NCBI GenBank assembly: GCA_902788555.1
Contig: CADAKQ010000005.1
Span: 7,708 to 71,707 of the forward strand
Direction of reading: 5' to 3'
Source: an uncultured Lachnospiraceae bacterium
GTDB lineage: Bacteria; Bacillota; Clostridia; Lachnospirales; Lachnospiraceae
Length of the DNA: 64,000 nt
The translations under genes were made by a program, and so were the position numbers. A model generated the notes under the pieces. That model did not search any database. It was not told the origin of the DNA and was given only the letters and a program-made list of their open reading frames with translations. The stretch's first letter is position 1, and the number at the start of each line of letters is the position of its first letter. Below, piece by piece: positions 9,214 through 19,688 of the stretch.

Positions 9214-10815
9214 ATGAGAGAGTGGTTCAGACAACTACCGGCGAGGATAGTTGAATTTTGGAACAGATATACGGCAAAACAGAAGGCATTGTTTTTTTCT
9301 GTAGTGGCAGCGGTTATAATTACCCTTGTCGCTCTTTTTGCTATTCTAAACAGAACTTCATACACAAGGCTTGCAACCTTCGATAATTCTGCACAAACGG
9401 CGGAGGCGGAAACTCTCCTTCAGGAAAATGGTATAACTCACAGAGTATCTGATGATGCGTTAAGCATAGATGTTGATGAAAAGCAGATTGCCCAGGCACG
9501 TCTCCTTCTGGGAGAAAACGGAATCAGTGCATCGGCAAGTAGCGTTGATAATGACTGGCTTCTTAATAACAGCTTTAGTACGACGGATTCGGAAAGAAAG
9601 CTCAAGGCAAAGATTAAGCTGGAAGCAGACATGGCAGCTGATATAAAGAGTATGGAGGGAATAACACAGGCATCGGTAACTATTGATTTACCTGATACAA
9701 GCAGCTCTATATATAACAATGAGAAGAGTACATCGGTCAGCATAATGCTTACTACAAACAGTAATTTTAAAGCTGAAAATGTATCGGGCATTGCAGAGTA
9801 TGCAAGAACCTGTGTGGGCAATGAGGATACCAATGATATAACAATTATAGATAAACAGGGAAATCTATTGTTTTCGGGAGCAAACAATTCCACAGCAGTT
9901 TTAACCAATCTTTCAATAGAACAGCAGGTTGAGGAGTATTATAACAGTAAGCTTTGGAATCTTATGGTTAATTCCGGAGTTTATGATGATGTATCCGTAT
10001 CTTCAAATCTTGATATTAATATAAGTCCCGAGGAGATAGAGGATATAAAATATTATACAAATACAGAAGATGATACAGGTCCTAAGGAAACCTATTATTA
10101 TTATCTTGCTGAAAATGTTGACGGAACAGGCGGTGTTGTCGGTACAGATGCAAACGGAGAGGAGATAACGGATTATAATCTTCTTGATGAAGCAAATTCC
10201 GAATCGACACTTACTCTTATAAAGGAAACCTATGCAACAAGCAGTACAAGGACGAAAACTGTCAAATCCGTAGGAAGTGTGGAGCTTGCAAATTCAAGCA
10301 TATCCATGTATCTTACAAAATATGATATATATTATGAGGAGGAACTCGAAGAGCAAGGGCTTCTTGAGGGTATGACCTTTGCTGAGTTTAAACAGGCAAA
10401 TTCAGAGCCTACCGAAAATCTTAACCCACCTGAGATAATATCTCTGTTATCAAAGGGTACGGGAATAAAGGAAGCAAACATTTATGTTATAGAAAGAACA
10501 GTACCGATTTTCTATCCAAAGGAAGAAAAATCCGTACCGGTACAAAGCATTTTATCAATTGTACTTGCCGTTATTATCGGCGTATTGCTTTTGTTTGTAG
10601 TGTTCAGAAGCATGAAGGCGGAAGAGGTTGTGGAAACAGAACCGGAGCTTTCTGTTGAAACACTTCTTGCAACCACCAAAGAAAATCAGACACTTGATGA
10701 TATCGAGTTTGGTGAAAGCTCGGCAACCAAGAGTCAGATTGAGAAATTCGTTGATGAAAATCCTGAGGCGGTTGCGTTGTTACTCAGAAACTGGTTAAAT
10801 GATGAATGGGAGTGA
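9214..10815 (+). CDS. fliF: flagellar MS-ring protein FliF
   Basis: Two TM segments, large extracytoplasmic region, C-terminal ENPEAVALLLRNWL. Confidence 0.9.
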   Translation: MREWFRQLPARIVEFWNRYTAKQKALFFSVVAAVIITLVALFAILNRTSYTRLATFDNSAQTAEAETLLQENGITHRVSDDALSIDVDEKQIAQARLLLGENGISASASSVDNDWLLNNSFSTTDSERKLKAKIKLEADMAADIKSMEGITQASVTIDLPDTSSSIYNNEKSTSVSIMLTTNSNFKAENVSGIAEYARTCVGNEDTNDITIIDKQGNLLFSGANNSTAVLTNLSIEQQVEEYYNSKLWNLMVNSGVYDDVSVSSNLDINISPEEIEDIKYYTNTEDDTGPKETYYYYLAENVDGTGGVVGTDANGEEITDYNLLDEANSESTLTLIKETYATSSTRTKTVKSVGSVELANSSISMYLTKYDIYYEEELEEQGLLEGMTFAEFKQANSEPTENLNPPEIISLLSKGTGIKEANIYVIERTVPIFYPKEEKSVPVQSILSIVLAVIIGVLLLFVVFRSMKAEEVVETEPELSVETLLATTKENQTLDDIEFGESSATKSQIEKFVDENPEAVALLLRNWLNDEWE

Positions 10816-10820
10816 TGTAG

Positions 10821-11837
10821 ATGGCAGTTAAGTCAATAGAAGATATATCCGGTATTCAAAAGGCTGCGGTTTTACTTATATCTCTCGGACCGGAGCGCTC
10901 CGCACAGGTTTTTAAGCATCTTAAGGATGAAGAAATTGAACAGCTTACTCTTGAAATAGCCAATACAAGAAGTGTTCCTGCGGATGTAAAAGAGATGGTA
11001 ATGGATGAATTCTATGAAATCTGTCTTGCACAGCAGTACATAGCAGAGGGTGGTATTGCTTATGCAAAGCAGCTTCTTGATGCGGCTCTCGGCGAAGACA
11101 AGGCTAAATCCGTTATCGGTAAGCTTACTGCGTCACTTCAGGTCAGACCTTTTGAGTTTGTCAGAAAGGCAGATGCATCTCAGCTTCTTAACTTTATACA
11201 GGATGAGCATCCGCAAACTATAGCACTTATACTTGCTTATCTTTCACCACAGCAGTCGGCGGCGGTTGTCAGTGCACTTCCGCCTGAAAAACAGGCTGAT
11301 GTCGCAAAGAGAATTGCGGTTATGGACAGAACGAGTCCGGATGTTATTAAAGAGGTAGAGGCAGTGCTTGAAAAGAAGCTTTCATCCCTTGTTAATCAGG
11401 ATTACACCATTGTTGGTGGTGTTGAATCCATTGTCAATATACTTAATACCGTTGACAGAAGTACTGAAAAGCATATTATGGAGACTCTCGAGGTTGAAGA
11501 TCCTGAGCTCGCAGATGAAATCAGAAGAAGAATGTTCGTATTTGAGGATATTCTTACTCTTGATAACAGAGCAATCCAGACAGTACTTCGTGAGGTTGAT
11601 AACAATGAGCTTGCGGTTGCACTTAAAAATGCAAATGAAGATGTACAAAAGGTTATATTCGATAACCTTTCATCACGTCTTGCATCCATGATAAAAGAGG
11701 ATATGGAATTCATGGGTCCTGTACGTCTTAAGGATGTTGAGGATGCACAGCAGAAAATTGTTAATATCATCAGAAAGCTTGAAGATTCAGGCGAGATTGT
11801 CATTTCACGTGGTGGAGGTGACGAGATAATTGTCTAG
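10821..11837 (+). CDS. fliG: motor switch protein FliG
   Basis: QKAAVLL, EHPQTIALIL, MFVFEDI, GPVRLKDVE. Confidence 0.97.
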   Translation: MAVKSIEDISGIQKAAVLLISLGPERSAQVFKHLKDEEIEQLTLEIANTRSVPADVKEMVMDEFYEICLAQQYIAEGGIAYAKQLLDAALGEDKAKSVIGKLTASLQVRPFEFVRKADASQLLNFIQDEHPQTIALILAYLSPQQSAAVVSALPPEKQADVAKRIAVMDRTSPDVIKEVEAVLEKKLSSLVNQDYTIVGGVESIVNILNTVDRSTEKHIMETLEVEDPELADEIRRRMFVFEDILTLDNRAIQTVLREVDNNELAVALKNANEDVQKVIFDNLSSRLASMIKEDMEFMGPVRLKDVEDAQQKIVNIIRKLEDSGEIVISRGGGDEIIV

Positions 11838-12606
11838 TCTTTATAAATCAGGCTTTGTAAATTTTAAAAGCTCGGATACTGCGCCGTTTGTTATTGACGG
11901 AAATACAAGGGTTATCGGTGGTGCTCCGAAGGTACAGGAGAGTGATGATGAAGCTTCCGCAGAAGTTAGTGAAGAGTACAAAACTCCTGAGAATCAGGCT
12001 CTTTTGGATGATGCTATGGATAAGGCCAAGGAGCTTAGGGAGGATGCACAGTCAAAGGCTAATAAGATAATAGAAGAGGCATGGCGTGATGCTGAAAAAA
12101 TCAAGGAGGATGCTTATAAAGAAGGCTATGAGCACGGCCTTGAGGATGGCAATATGGAAGCTATGAAAAGGGCTGATGACTACCTTGTCAATATAAAAAA
12201 AGAGCAGGAAGAGGCAAAGGCCAGAATGCTTGCAAAAAATGAGGCATATCTTGATGATGCGGAACAAAAATTGGTCAATCTGACCTGTGAGCTTATAAAA
12301 AAAATATCAGGTATTGTTGTTGATGACTACAAACCTGTTATGCTCAATATGATTAATAATGCACTTAACGATGTAGAATCAACAACGAAGTATACCATAA
12401 AGGTGTGCGAGGAAAGTTATACTTATGTATCTGATAACAGCGAAAGGATTGTTGGTGCGGCTAATCCGAATATTACTATTGATGTTTTTGCCGATTCAAA
12501 GCTTGATAAGGGACAATGTATCATAGAGACGGATAATGGTATTATAAATTTGTCAATGGATATTCAGATACAGAATCTTATTACAGCATTTAAAATGCTG
12601 TCATAG
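11830..12606 (+). CDS. fliH: flagellar assembly protein FliH
   Basis: AYKEGYEHGLEDG GxxxG repeats; GQCIIETDNGII; between fliG and fliI. Confidence 0.88.
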   Translation: MSSLYKSGFVNFKSSDTAPFVIDGNTRVIGGAPKVQESDDEASAEVSEEYKTPENQALLDDAMDKAKELREDAQSKANKIIEEAWRDAEKIKEDAYKEGYEHGLEDGNMEAMKRADDYLVNIKKEQEEAKARMLAKNEAYLDDAEQKLVNLTCELIKKISGIVVDDYKPVMLNMINNALNDVESTTKYTIKVCEESYTYVSDNSERIVGAANPNITIDVFADSKLDKGQCIIETDNGIINLSMDIQIQNLITAFKMLS

Positions 12607-12617
12607 AAAGAATATAT

Positions 12618-12641
12618 CCCCGGTTTATAATCGGGGTTTTT
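12618..12641 (+). terminator. terminator-like hairpin between fliH and fliI
   Basis: CCCCGGTT-TAT-AATCGGGG-TTTTT. Confidence 0.45.
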
Positions 12642-12676
12642 AAAATAAGTGATATTTAAAGAAAAGAAGACTGCTT

Positions 12677-13999
12677 ATGAGTAATGAATTCAGACACGAA
12701 TTTGATATACAGAAGTACTACTGCCTGCTTGACAGAAATTATGTTATGAGCTTTGGAAAGGTAAGTAAAATTGTTGGACTTACGATGGAATCCTTCGGAC
12801 CGCCATGTAAGCTTGGGGATTTGTGCGAGGTTGTTTCGAAGGATGGAACCAATAAGGTTATGGCAGAGGTTGTAGGCTTTAGGGATAACAAGGTTTTGCT
12901 TATGCCTTTTGATGTGGTAGACGGAATAGGACTTGGAGCAACAGTTAAGAATACGGGCGAAGTCCTGACTGTTAAGGTGGGACCGCAGCTTTTGGGAAAG
13001 GTACTTGACGGAATAGGACGTCCGATGGATGGAAGTACTCTTGTTTATGAGGAGGAGTACCCTATAGATAATGCACCGCCGGACCCTCTTCAGAGAAAGC
13101 TTATATCTGAGGTTCTTCCGCTTGGTGTTAAAGCGGTTGATGGATTGCTTACCATAGGAAAAGGACAAAGAGTAGGAATATTTGCCGGAAGCGGAGTCGG
13201 AAAAAGTACTTTGCTTGGTATGTTTGCGAGAAATACGAGAGCAGATATAAATGTTATTGCACTCATAGGAGAACGAGGAAGAGAGGTTGGCGAGTTTATC
13301 GAACGTGATCTTGGAGAAGAAGGTTTAAAAAGATCGGTTCTTGTTATTGCAACCTCGGATAAGCCGGCTCTTATACGTAATAAGGCGGCAAAGACTGCAA
13401 CTGCGATTGCGGAATATTTCAGGGATCAGGGCAAGGATGTGCTCTTGATGATGGATTCTCTTACACGTTTTTCCATGGCTCAAAGAGAAATCGGCCTTGC
13501 ATCTGGTGAACCGCCTGTTACCAGAGGATACCCACCGTCGGTTTACTCTGAGCTTCCTAAGGTTTTGGAACGTGCGGGCAATACCTTTAAGGGCTCGATT
13601 ACCGGATTATACACAGTGCTTGTGGACGGTGATGATTTCAATGAACCTATAACTGATACTGCAAGAGGTATTCTTGATGGACACATTGTTTTATCAAGGA
13701 AGCTCGGACACAAGAATCATTATCCTGCCATTGATATTTTGGCTAGTATATCCCGTTGTATGAGTGCTATTGCGACAAAGGATCATAAGGAGGCGGCCGG
13801 AAAGCTTAAAAATGTTTTGGCAACCTACAATGATGCTGAAGACTTGATTAATATCGGAGCTTACAGATCCGGCTCTAATCCGGATATTGATTACGCTATA
13901 ACAAAGATAAAAAAAGTTAATGAGTTTCTTATTCAGGACGTTGACAGTAAATTTTTGATTGATGACGAGTTAAATATGCTTAAGGGTATATTCGAATAA
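12677..13999 (+). CDS. fliI: flagellar export ATPase FliI
   Basis: AGSGVGKST, IGERGRE, MDSLTRF, GYPPSV. Confidence 0.97.
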   Translation: MSNEFRHEFDIQKYYCLLDRNYVMSFGKVSKIVGLTMESFGPPCKLGDLCEVVSKDGTNKVMAEVVGFRDNKVLLMPFDVVDGIGLGATVKNTGEVLTVKVGPQLLGKVLDGIGRPMDGSTLVYEEEYPIDNAPPDPLQRKLISEVLPLGVKAVDGLLTIGKGQRVGIFAGSGVGKSTLLGMFARNTRADINVIALIGERGREVGEFIERDLGEEGLKRSVLVIATSDKPALIRNKAAKTATAIAEYFRDQGKDVLLMMDSLTRFSMAQREIGLASGEPPVTRGYPPSVYSELPKVLERAGNTFKGSITGLYTVLVDGDDFNEPITDTARGILDGHIVLSRKLGHKNHYPAIDILASISRCMSAIATKDHKEAAGKLKNVLATYNDAEDLINIGAYRSGSNPDIDYAITKIKKVNEFLIQDVDSKFLIDDELNMLKGIFE

Positions 14000-14032
14000 G
14001 CTGTTAAAAAATTTTTGTTTGTGAGGTAAAAA

Positions 14033-14491
14033 ATGGCCAAGTTTATATACCGAATGCAGAATATTCTTGATATTAAGCTTAAGCTTGAGGAAGCGGCAAA
14101 ACAGGAGTATGCCAATGCAAGACACGCTCTTAACGTTGAGGAGGATAAGCTTGCGGCTCTTCATAAAAGGAAAGAAGAATATCATTTGATATATTTGGAG
14201 GCACTAAAGGGCAAGCTTGATTTGCTTCTTATTTCAGAATGTGAAAATGCAATGGAAGTGATGGATGATCTTATTCTGGCTCAGGAGGAAAATGTGAAGA
14301 AAGCAAGTAAAGAGCTGGAAAAAGCAAGACAGAAGCTTAATACTGTTATGCAGGAAAGAAAGATGCATGAAAAGCTTAAGGAACAAAAATTTGATGAGTT
14401 TGTTACTGAATTAAATGCACAGGAAAGTAAGGAAACAGATGAAGTGGCAAGCTATCAGTTTAATAGTAAAACACCTGATACGGAGGGATAG
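14033..14491 (+). CDS. fliJ: flagellar export protein FliJ
   Basis: F.YRMQNIL start, coiled coil, follows fliI. Confidence 0.9.
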   Translation: MAKFIYRMQNILDIKLKLEEAAKQEYANARHALNVEEDKLAALHKRKEEYHLIYLEALKGKLDLLLISECENAMEVMDDLILAQEENVKKASKELEKARQKLNTVMQERKMHEKLKEQKFDEFVTELNAQESKETDEVASYQFNSKTPDTEG

Positions 14492-14493
14492 AT

Positions 14494-15228
14494 ATGGCAA
14501 AGGATAAACGTGATAGAGAAGGTAAGAAGGGTATAAGTGCATCAGCGATTGTTATAATGATACTTATTATTATATCTTTTCTTTCCATAATGGCTCTTTT
14601 GATAAAATGTGATGTGGGTGGATTCGGAAGTGAGGTTTTGAGACCTGTTTTTAAAGATGTTCCGGTTATAAACAAGATTCTTCCGGATGCCTCTGATGAA
14701 GAGGTTGCTAAGGAAAGTGACTATCCGTATAACACCTTGGCAGAGGCTTTGGATCAGATAAAAATAATGGATGAGGAAATTAATTCAAAGGATGCCGAGA
14801 TTCTTGCATTGAATGATAAGGTAGCGGAGCTTTCTGCGGAAGTTGACCGTTTAACCGTATATAAAAACGATCAGGAAGAATTTGAAGAGAAAAAAAATCA
14901 ATTTTATGATGAAATAGTCTATGGAGATTCTGCTCCAAGTGCCGATACATATATTGAGTGGTATAACGAAATAAGTCCTGAACGTGCTGAAGAGATATAT
15001 GCACAGATGATTTCGGCCAGACAGGTTGATGATGAAATCCTTGAGCTTGCAAAAACCTATGAGGATATGAAGGCTAAAAATGCAGCCGATATTCTTCAAA
15101 GTATGAAAAACGATTTGGACACGGTTGCACTTATTATGAATAATATGAGTGCTGAGAAAAGGGCGGATGTTCTTGCGGCGATGGATCCTGAGTTTGCTGC
15201 AAGCATAACGAAAAAGTTATTACCTTAA
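14494..15228 (+). CDS. YlxF/MotE-like flagellar protein (MgtE N-terminal-like domain)
   Basis: TM segment, coiled coil, YEDMKAKNAADIL..RADVLAAMDP; position after fliJ. Confidence 0.7.
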   Translation: MAKDKRDREGKKGISASAIVIMILIIISFLSIMALLIKCDVGGFGSEVLRPVFKDVPVINKILPDASDEEVAKESDYPYNTLAEALDQIKIMDEEINSKDAEILALNDKVAELSAEVDRLTVYKNDQEEFEEKKNQFYDEIVYGDSAPSADTYIEWYNEISPERAEEIYAQMISARQVDDEILELAKTYEDMKAKNAADILQSMKNDLDTVALIMNNMSAEKRADVLAAMDPEFAASITKKLLP

Positions 15229-15256
15229 CTCGAATATGCAGGAAAGGAGAAAGAAT

Positions 15257-16822
15257 ATGGCAATTTCTACGAAAGGAATTAGTCAGGTGGATTTGTCCTC
15301 CGGTATCAAGACAAAGAATAATCTTAAGTCGAAAGCCGAAGAAAATGTAACGGATTCTTTTTCAAGTCTTATCAATTTATCTTCTGATAATTTCAACAAG
15401 GATGTAAATAATTCATCAGATATAAAGGATGTAAGTGAGACTTCAAAGGCAAAGGTATCTGATGTTAAAAAAGAAAATATTGATGCAGGAAAAGAAAGCA
15501 ACACGGATGTTAAAGACTCTAAACAAATAAATGAAGAACAACCTGAAAAGAATGTTAAAGACACCGTAAAAAATGCAGAAGCTTCCTCTAATGAGGCTTC
15601 CGAAACAAAAACTTCCGAAACCCCAAATAATGTTTATGATTTAAAAGGTTTTGATGTGGAGGAAAAGCTTGAAGACTTAGCCGGTGAGCTTGCGGCGCTG
15701 ATTAATAATATAATTGATGTGCTTAAGCAAAAGCTTGGTATAGGTGATGAAGAGCTTGAGGAAGGCTTATCTGTTTTAGATATGAATTTTTCAGATTTGT
15801 TAAATGATGAAAATATCAATTCATTTATACTTAACGAACAGGGAGCTACAGAGGTTGATATTCTTATAGACGAGCAGCTTTCTACTCTGATTGATGATGT
15901 AGTGTCGGAGGTTAAAGGCCTCATTGATGATTTTTCGGAATTTGATTTAAATGCTGAAACGATAACGGCTGATGTATTTCCTGAGTCTTATACCGGCATT
16001 GAAGCAGGCTATGACACAAAGGCTGTTATAGAAGTAAATGAAATTATAGTCAAAGCGGATGAGCTTGTAAAAGAGAACGCTGATATAATTTCAAAGCCGA
16101 CAGCTGTTGATGAGGATAGCGAAGAGGTTTTAAATATTTCACCAAAAAATGAAAATCCACAGGGCGAAATTGGTTCAATTATTTCAGAATATGCCGATAA
16201 AATAGGTGATGGTTTAAATTTATCATCTGTTGGAGACGGCAAAGAAAAAGGAACCCGACAGGATCAGACGGGCGATTTCAAACAGCCGGGTGAAACATTG
16301 ATTAATAATCTTAACAATGCAGTTAATGAGATTATTACGGAAGATGTTGATGCAGGGATTTTTAATGAGGGTGTAAGCGAGGCGGATATTATAAGGCAGG
16401 TTGTCGATGAGATAAAAGCCAATGTAACAAATGATGTATCCACCATTGAAATGCGACTTAACCCGGAGAGCCTCGGAAGAGTTCAGATAACCGTAAGCTC
16501 AAAGAACGGTGTGATGCAGGCTCAGATAGTAGCGGAAACTGAAGCGGCAAAAAATGCCATTGAGGCGAATATAGCAACCTTAAGAGAAACCTTTAACAAT
16601 CAGGACTTAAAGGTTGAGGCAGTTGAAGTAACCATTGCATCATATGGATTTTTTGAAGGTCAGGAACAAAATGAGACCTTTGAAAACGAAAAAAATAAAT
16701 CCGGCGATAAGAATATAAGAATTAATTCAAACGGTGATGCACTTGATGATGTAGCCGTGGATGATGAATTGGAAACGGAAATGATGAAAGCACAGGGAAA
16801 TAGCGTAAGCTATTCGATATAA
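15257..16822 (+). CDS. fliK: hook-length control protein FliK
   Basis: Low-complexity acidic N-terminus; C-terminal MRLNPESLGRVQI; AAGGAG RBS before ATG 15257. Confidence 0.9.
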   Translation: MAISTKGISQVDLSSGIKTKNNLKSKAEENVTDSFSSLINLSSDNFNKDVNNSSDIKDVSETSKAKVSDVKKENIDAGKESNTDVKDSKQINEEQPEKNVKDTVKNAEASSNEASETKTSETPNNVYDLKGFDVEEKLEDLAGELAALINNIIDVLKQKLGIGDEELEEGLSVLDMNFSDLLNDENINSFILNEQGATEVDILIDEQLSTLIDDVVSEVKGLIDDFSEFDLNAETITADVFPESYTGIEAGYDTKAVIEVNEIIVKADELVKENADIISKPTAVDEDSEEVLNISPKNENPQGEIGSIISEYADKIGDGLNLSSVGDGKEKGTRQDQTGDFKQPGETLINNLNNAVNEIITEDVDAGIFNEGVSEADIIRQVVDEIKANVTNDVSTIEMRLNPESLGRVQITVSSKNGVMQAQIVAETEAAKNAIEANIATLRETFNNQDLKVEAVEVTIASYGFFEGQEQNETFENEKNKSGDKNIRINSNGDALDDVAVDDELETEMMKAQGNSVSYSI

Positions 16823-16842
16823 AAAAGAAAGGAGAAAACGAT

Positions 16843-17391
16843 ATGGCGATTGATTCAGCACTTAGTGGTGTTGCGGCAGCATCTTCATCATATCATGCAT
16901 CAGGTAAGACCGATTCAAAGTCGAGTAATGACCTTGATAAGGATGCATTTTTACAGCTTCTCGTAACACAGATGAAATATCAGGATCCTATGAATCCCGG
17001 AGACAGTACCGAATATATGTCACAGCTTGCACAGTATTCATCTCTTGAAGCAACTATGAATATAGGTGATGCAATCGATAAGAGTAATGGACTTAATCTT
17101 GTAGGTCAGTATGTAATTATGAATACCAAGGACTCAAGTGGAAATGACACGATGGTAAGCGGACTTGTACAATATGCTACTGTTAAAAACGGAGAAGTAA
17201 TGGTATCAATAAATGATTCGTATTATCCGGCGAGTGATTTGGATTCCGTGGTTGATTATGATTATTATATGTTCCTTCAGGAACATGCCAACGATGCAGC
17301 TAAGACCGATGAAAAGGCTTCGGAAGGAAATAAAACGACAGATACTGCGGCAGAAAGTGGCACTGCAACCCAAAAAACCGAAGAAGCGTAA
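16843..17391 (+). CDS. flgD: hook capping protein FlgD
   Basis: LDKDAFLQLLVTQMKYQDPMNP..QLAQYSSLE. Confidence 0.95.
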   Translation: MAIDSALSGVAAASSSYHASGKTDSKSSNDLDKDAFLQLLVTQMKYQDPMNPGDSTEYMSQLAQYSSLEATMNIGDAIDKSNGLNLVGQYVIMNTKDSSGNDTMVSGLVQYATVKNGEVMVSINDSYYPASDLDSVVDYDYYMFLQEHANDAAKTDEKASEGNKTTDTAAESGTATQKTEEA

Positions 17392-17423
17392 GAGATTATC
17401 TTATTTGAAAAGGTGGAGATATT

Positions 17424-17816
17424 ATGGAAGGTTTAAATTCGAGGCCCATCTCTATAGAACAGGCAAAAGATTTTTATCTTCATGGCAAGGAAGCTGTTAA
17501 TAATGAAAGAACCACCGAAAAAAATTCATTTCAGGACATTTTAAATGAAACAGCGAAAAGCATTGATGACGTAAAGTTTTCAAAACATGCAAACCAAAGA
17601 CTGGAGAGCAGAAATATTATTCTTTCCAAGGACCAGAGACTGAGGCTGAATGAAGGAGTGGAAAAAGCAAGAGATAAAAGTATAAATGAAACTCTTGTAA
17701 TGATGGATAATTTAGCATTTATTGTAAATGTTAAGAATAATATGGTTGTAACCGCTTTGGAACAAAATGAAGATAATAATGTCTTTACCAATATTGATGG
17801 AGCAGTAATAGTGTAA
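17424..17816 (+). CDS. flagellar operon protein (TIGR02530-like)
   Basis: KFSKHANQRLESRNI; VFTNIDGAVIV; between flgD and flgE. Confidence 0.85.
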   Translation: MEGLNSRPISIEQAKDFYLHGKEAVNNERTTEKNSFQDILNETAKSIDDVKFSKHANQRLESRNIILSKDQRLRLNEGVEKARDKSINETLVMMDNLAFIVNVKNNMVVTALEQNEDNNVFTNIDGAVIV

Positions 17817-17914
17817 CTATAAACAAAGCCGGACCGAGACATCTTTAAAAGATAGCAAGGAGGCTTCATATCCCGGAATGACAGAAGGGATTAAAAAACA
17901 GGAGGACAACAATT

Positions 17915-19324
17915 ATGATGAGATCATTATATTCTGGTGTTGCAGGTCTTAAGACTCACCAGACAAAGATGGATGTTATAGGTAACAATATTGCAAACGT
18001 AAATACTATAGGTTTTAAATCATCATCTGTATTATTCAGAGATGTATTATATCAAACAAGCTCAAATGCAACAGGAGCAACGGATAATACCGGTGGTACC
18101 AATGCTTCACAGATAGGTCTTGGTACTAAGATGGCTTCCATATCGACATCAATCACAGAAACCGGAGCAGCTCAGAGTACAAATAATCCTTATGACTTAA
18201 TGCTTGACAGCTCAAGCTTCTTTATCGTAAGCCGTGGAGGAACAAACTACTTTACAAAGGTTGGTTCTTTTGAGGTTGATGCATCAGGATGTCTTGTTAC
18301 AAGCAACGGATATCAGGTAATGGGTTGGCAGGTTGACCCTGATAATCCTACGGTTATCAGAAAAGATACGGTATCGGCTCTTTATCCGGAATCAGAGGAA
18401 AATAAGGTTTCTTCTCCGGAGATGACTTCTAAGGCGCATATGACGGGAAATGTTGATATGACTGATACAGAGCTTAATCCTACCGGCGAGGGAAAAACAG
18501 TTTCGGTATCTGTGTACGATTCACTCGGTTACAGCTATACTGTTAAGTTTAAAATGAATCAGGATGCCGGACAGGCAGATAAATCCTTGTACAATTTAAG
18601 AATTGATTCTATCAAGGATGCTAACAATGTTGAAATTTTAGGAGCAGATGATCCAAGCACACCAAATGTTACAGAGGGTGGATATACAGCTACACTCGGA
18701 GGAGGAAATTCAATTCAGGTAAAATTTGATCCGGATACAGGTCTTTTCGAATATGCCGGAAGTGCAGGAGAAAAAGAAGCGTTACTTAAAATTACTCCAC
18801 AGGGCAATGACAGAGGCGATGTATTTACAGCTAAGGTCAACGGCGAGGATGTAGATGGTATAACAATTGATTTTTCGGCACTTACAATGTTTGAGGCGGG
18901 TGGTAAGTCCTCAGCTAAGATGGTAAGAGCTGCTCAGGATACTACAGGCGGTGGTCGTGCAGCAGGTAAGCTCAACGATGTTAGTATTGATAACGCAGGT
19001 AAGATTTTCGGTGTATACAGCAATGGTGAGACAAAGCTTATCGGACAGATAGCGGTTGCAAACTTTGATAACCCTATGGGACTTGAAGCAATTGGTGACA
19101 GTCTTTATAAGACTACCCAGAACTCCGGTGATTTCGACGGAATCGGTTCTGCTGTAGATGAAAACGGCGGTAAGATGACTCAGGGTGTTTTGGAAATGTC
19201 AAACGTTGACTTATCAGCCGAATTTACTGATATGATTACTACACAGAGAGGTTTCCAGGCGAACTCAAGAATCATAACCACATCAGATTCATTACTTGAG
19301 GAACTGGTAAATCTTAAGAGATAA
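17915..19324 (+). CDS. flgE: flagellar hook protein FlgE
   Basis: MMRSLYSGVAG..GNNIANVNT; LEMSNVDLSAEFTDMITTQRGFQANSR. Confidence 0.93.
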   Translation: MMRSLYSGVAGLKTHQTKMDVIGNNIANVNTIGFKSSSVLFRDVLYQTSSNATGATDNTGGTNASQIGLGTKMASISTSITETGAAQSTNNPYDLMLDSSSFFIVSRGGTNYFTKVGSFEVDASGCLVTSNGYQVMGWQVDPDNPTVIRKDTVSALYPESEENKVSSPEMTSKAHMTGNVDMTDTELNPTGEGKTVSVSVYDSLGYSYTVKFKMNQDAGQADKSLYNLRIDSIKDANNVEILGADDPSTPNVTEGGYTATLGGGNSIQVKFDPDTGLFEYAGSAGEKEALLKITPQGNDRGDVFTAKVNGEDVDGITIDFSALTMFEAGGKSSAKMVRAAQDTTGGGRAAGKLNDVSIDNAGKIFGVYSNGETKLIGQIAVANFDNPMGLEAIGDSLYKTTQNSGDFDGIGSAVDENGGKMTQGVLEMSNVDLSAEFTDMITTQRGFQANSRIITTSDSLLEELVNLKR

Positions 19325-19337
19325 CATATAATTAAAT

Positions 19338-19396
19338 TATCGCTCTTTTGCATTAGTCTGATTTTAAAAAGACAAGTGCGAAAGGGCGATATTTTT
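19338..19396 (+). terminator. hairpin/terminator after flgE
   Basis: TATCGCTCTTTTGCA...TGCGAAAGGGCGATA (two G-U pairs) followed by TTTTT. Confidence 0.55.
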
Positions 19397-19397
19397 G

Positions 19398-19426
19398 TAG
19401 ACATAAAATGTTTTGTGTGGTATAAT
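19398..19426 (+). promoter_or_regulatory. putative internal sigma-A promoter for flbD-motAB onward
   Basis: TAGACA-17 nt-TATAAT with TG extended -10. Confidence 0.65.
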
Positions 19427-19473
19427 ACAAGCGTTGTATAGTGTCATAATCGTATCATTGACGGGAGAAGGCT

Positions 19474-19662
19474 ATGATTGAGGTTACGAGATTAAAAGGA
19501 ACCAGAATAATAATCAATGCAGAACTTATTGAGACGGTTGAAGAAACTCCGGATACTGTTATTACGCTAACCAGCGGAAAAAAGTATATTGTCAGCGAGA
19601 CAAGCAAAGAGATAACGGATTTAGTTATTAATTACAAGAGAAAGATTCATACACCTTTATAG
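19474..19662 (+). CDS. flbD: FlbD/SwrD family protein
   Basis: MIEVTRLKG..INAELIETVEETPDTVITLTSGKK. Confidence 0.9.
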   Translation: MIEVTRLKGTRIIINAELIETVEETPDTVITLTSGKKYIVSETSKEITDLVINYKRKIHTPL

Positions 19663-19688
19663 TGTATGTTGTTTTGAGGTGACTTAAG

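Noticed and set aside
16170-16200. GCCGATAA sigma-28 -10 box inside fliK
   Set aside because: No correctly spaced TAAA -35, and it lies in coding sequence.
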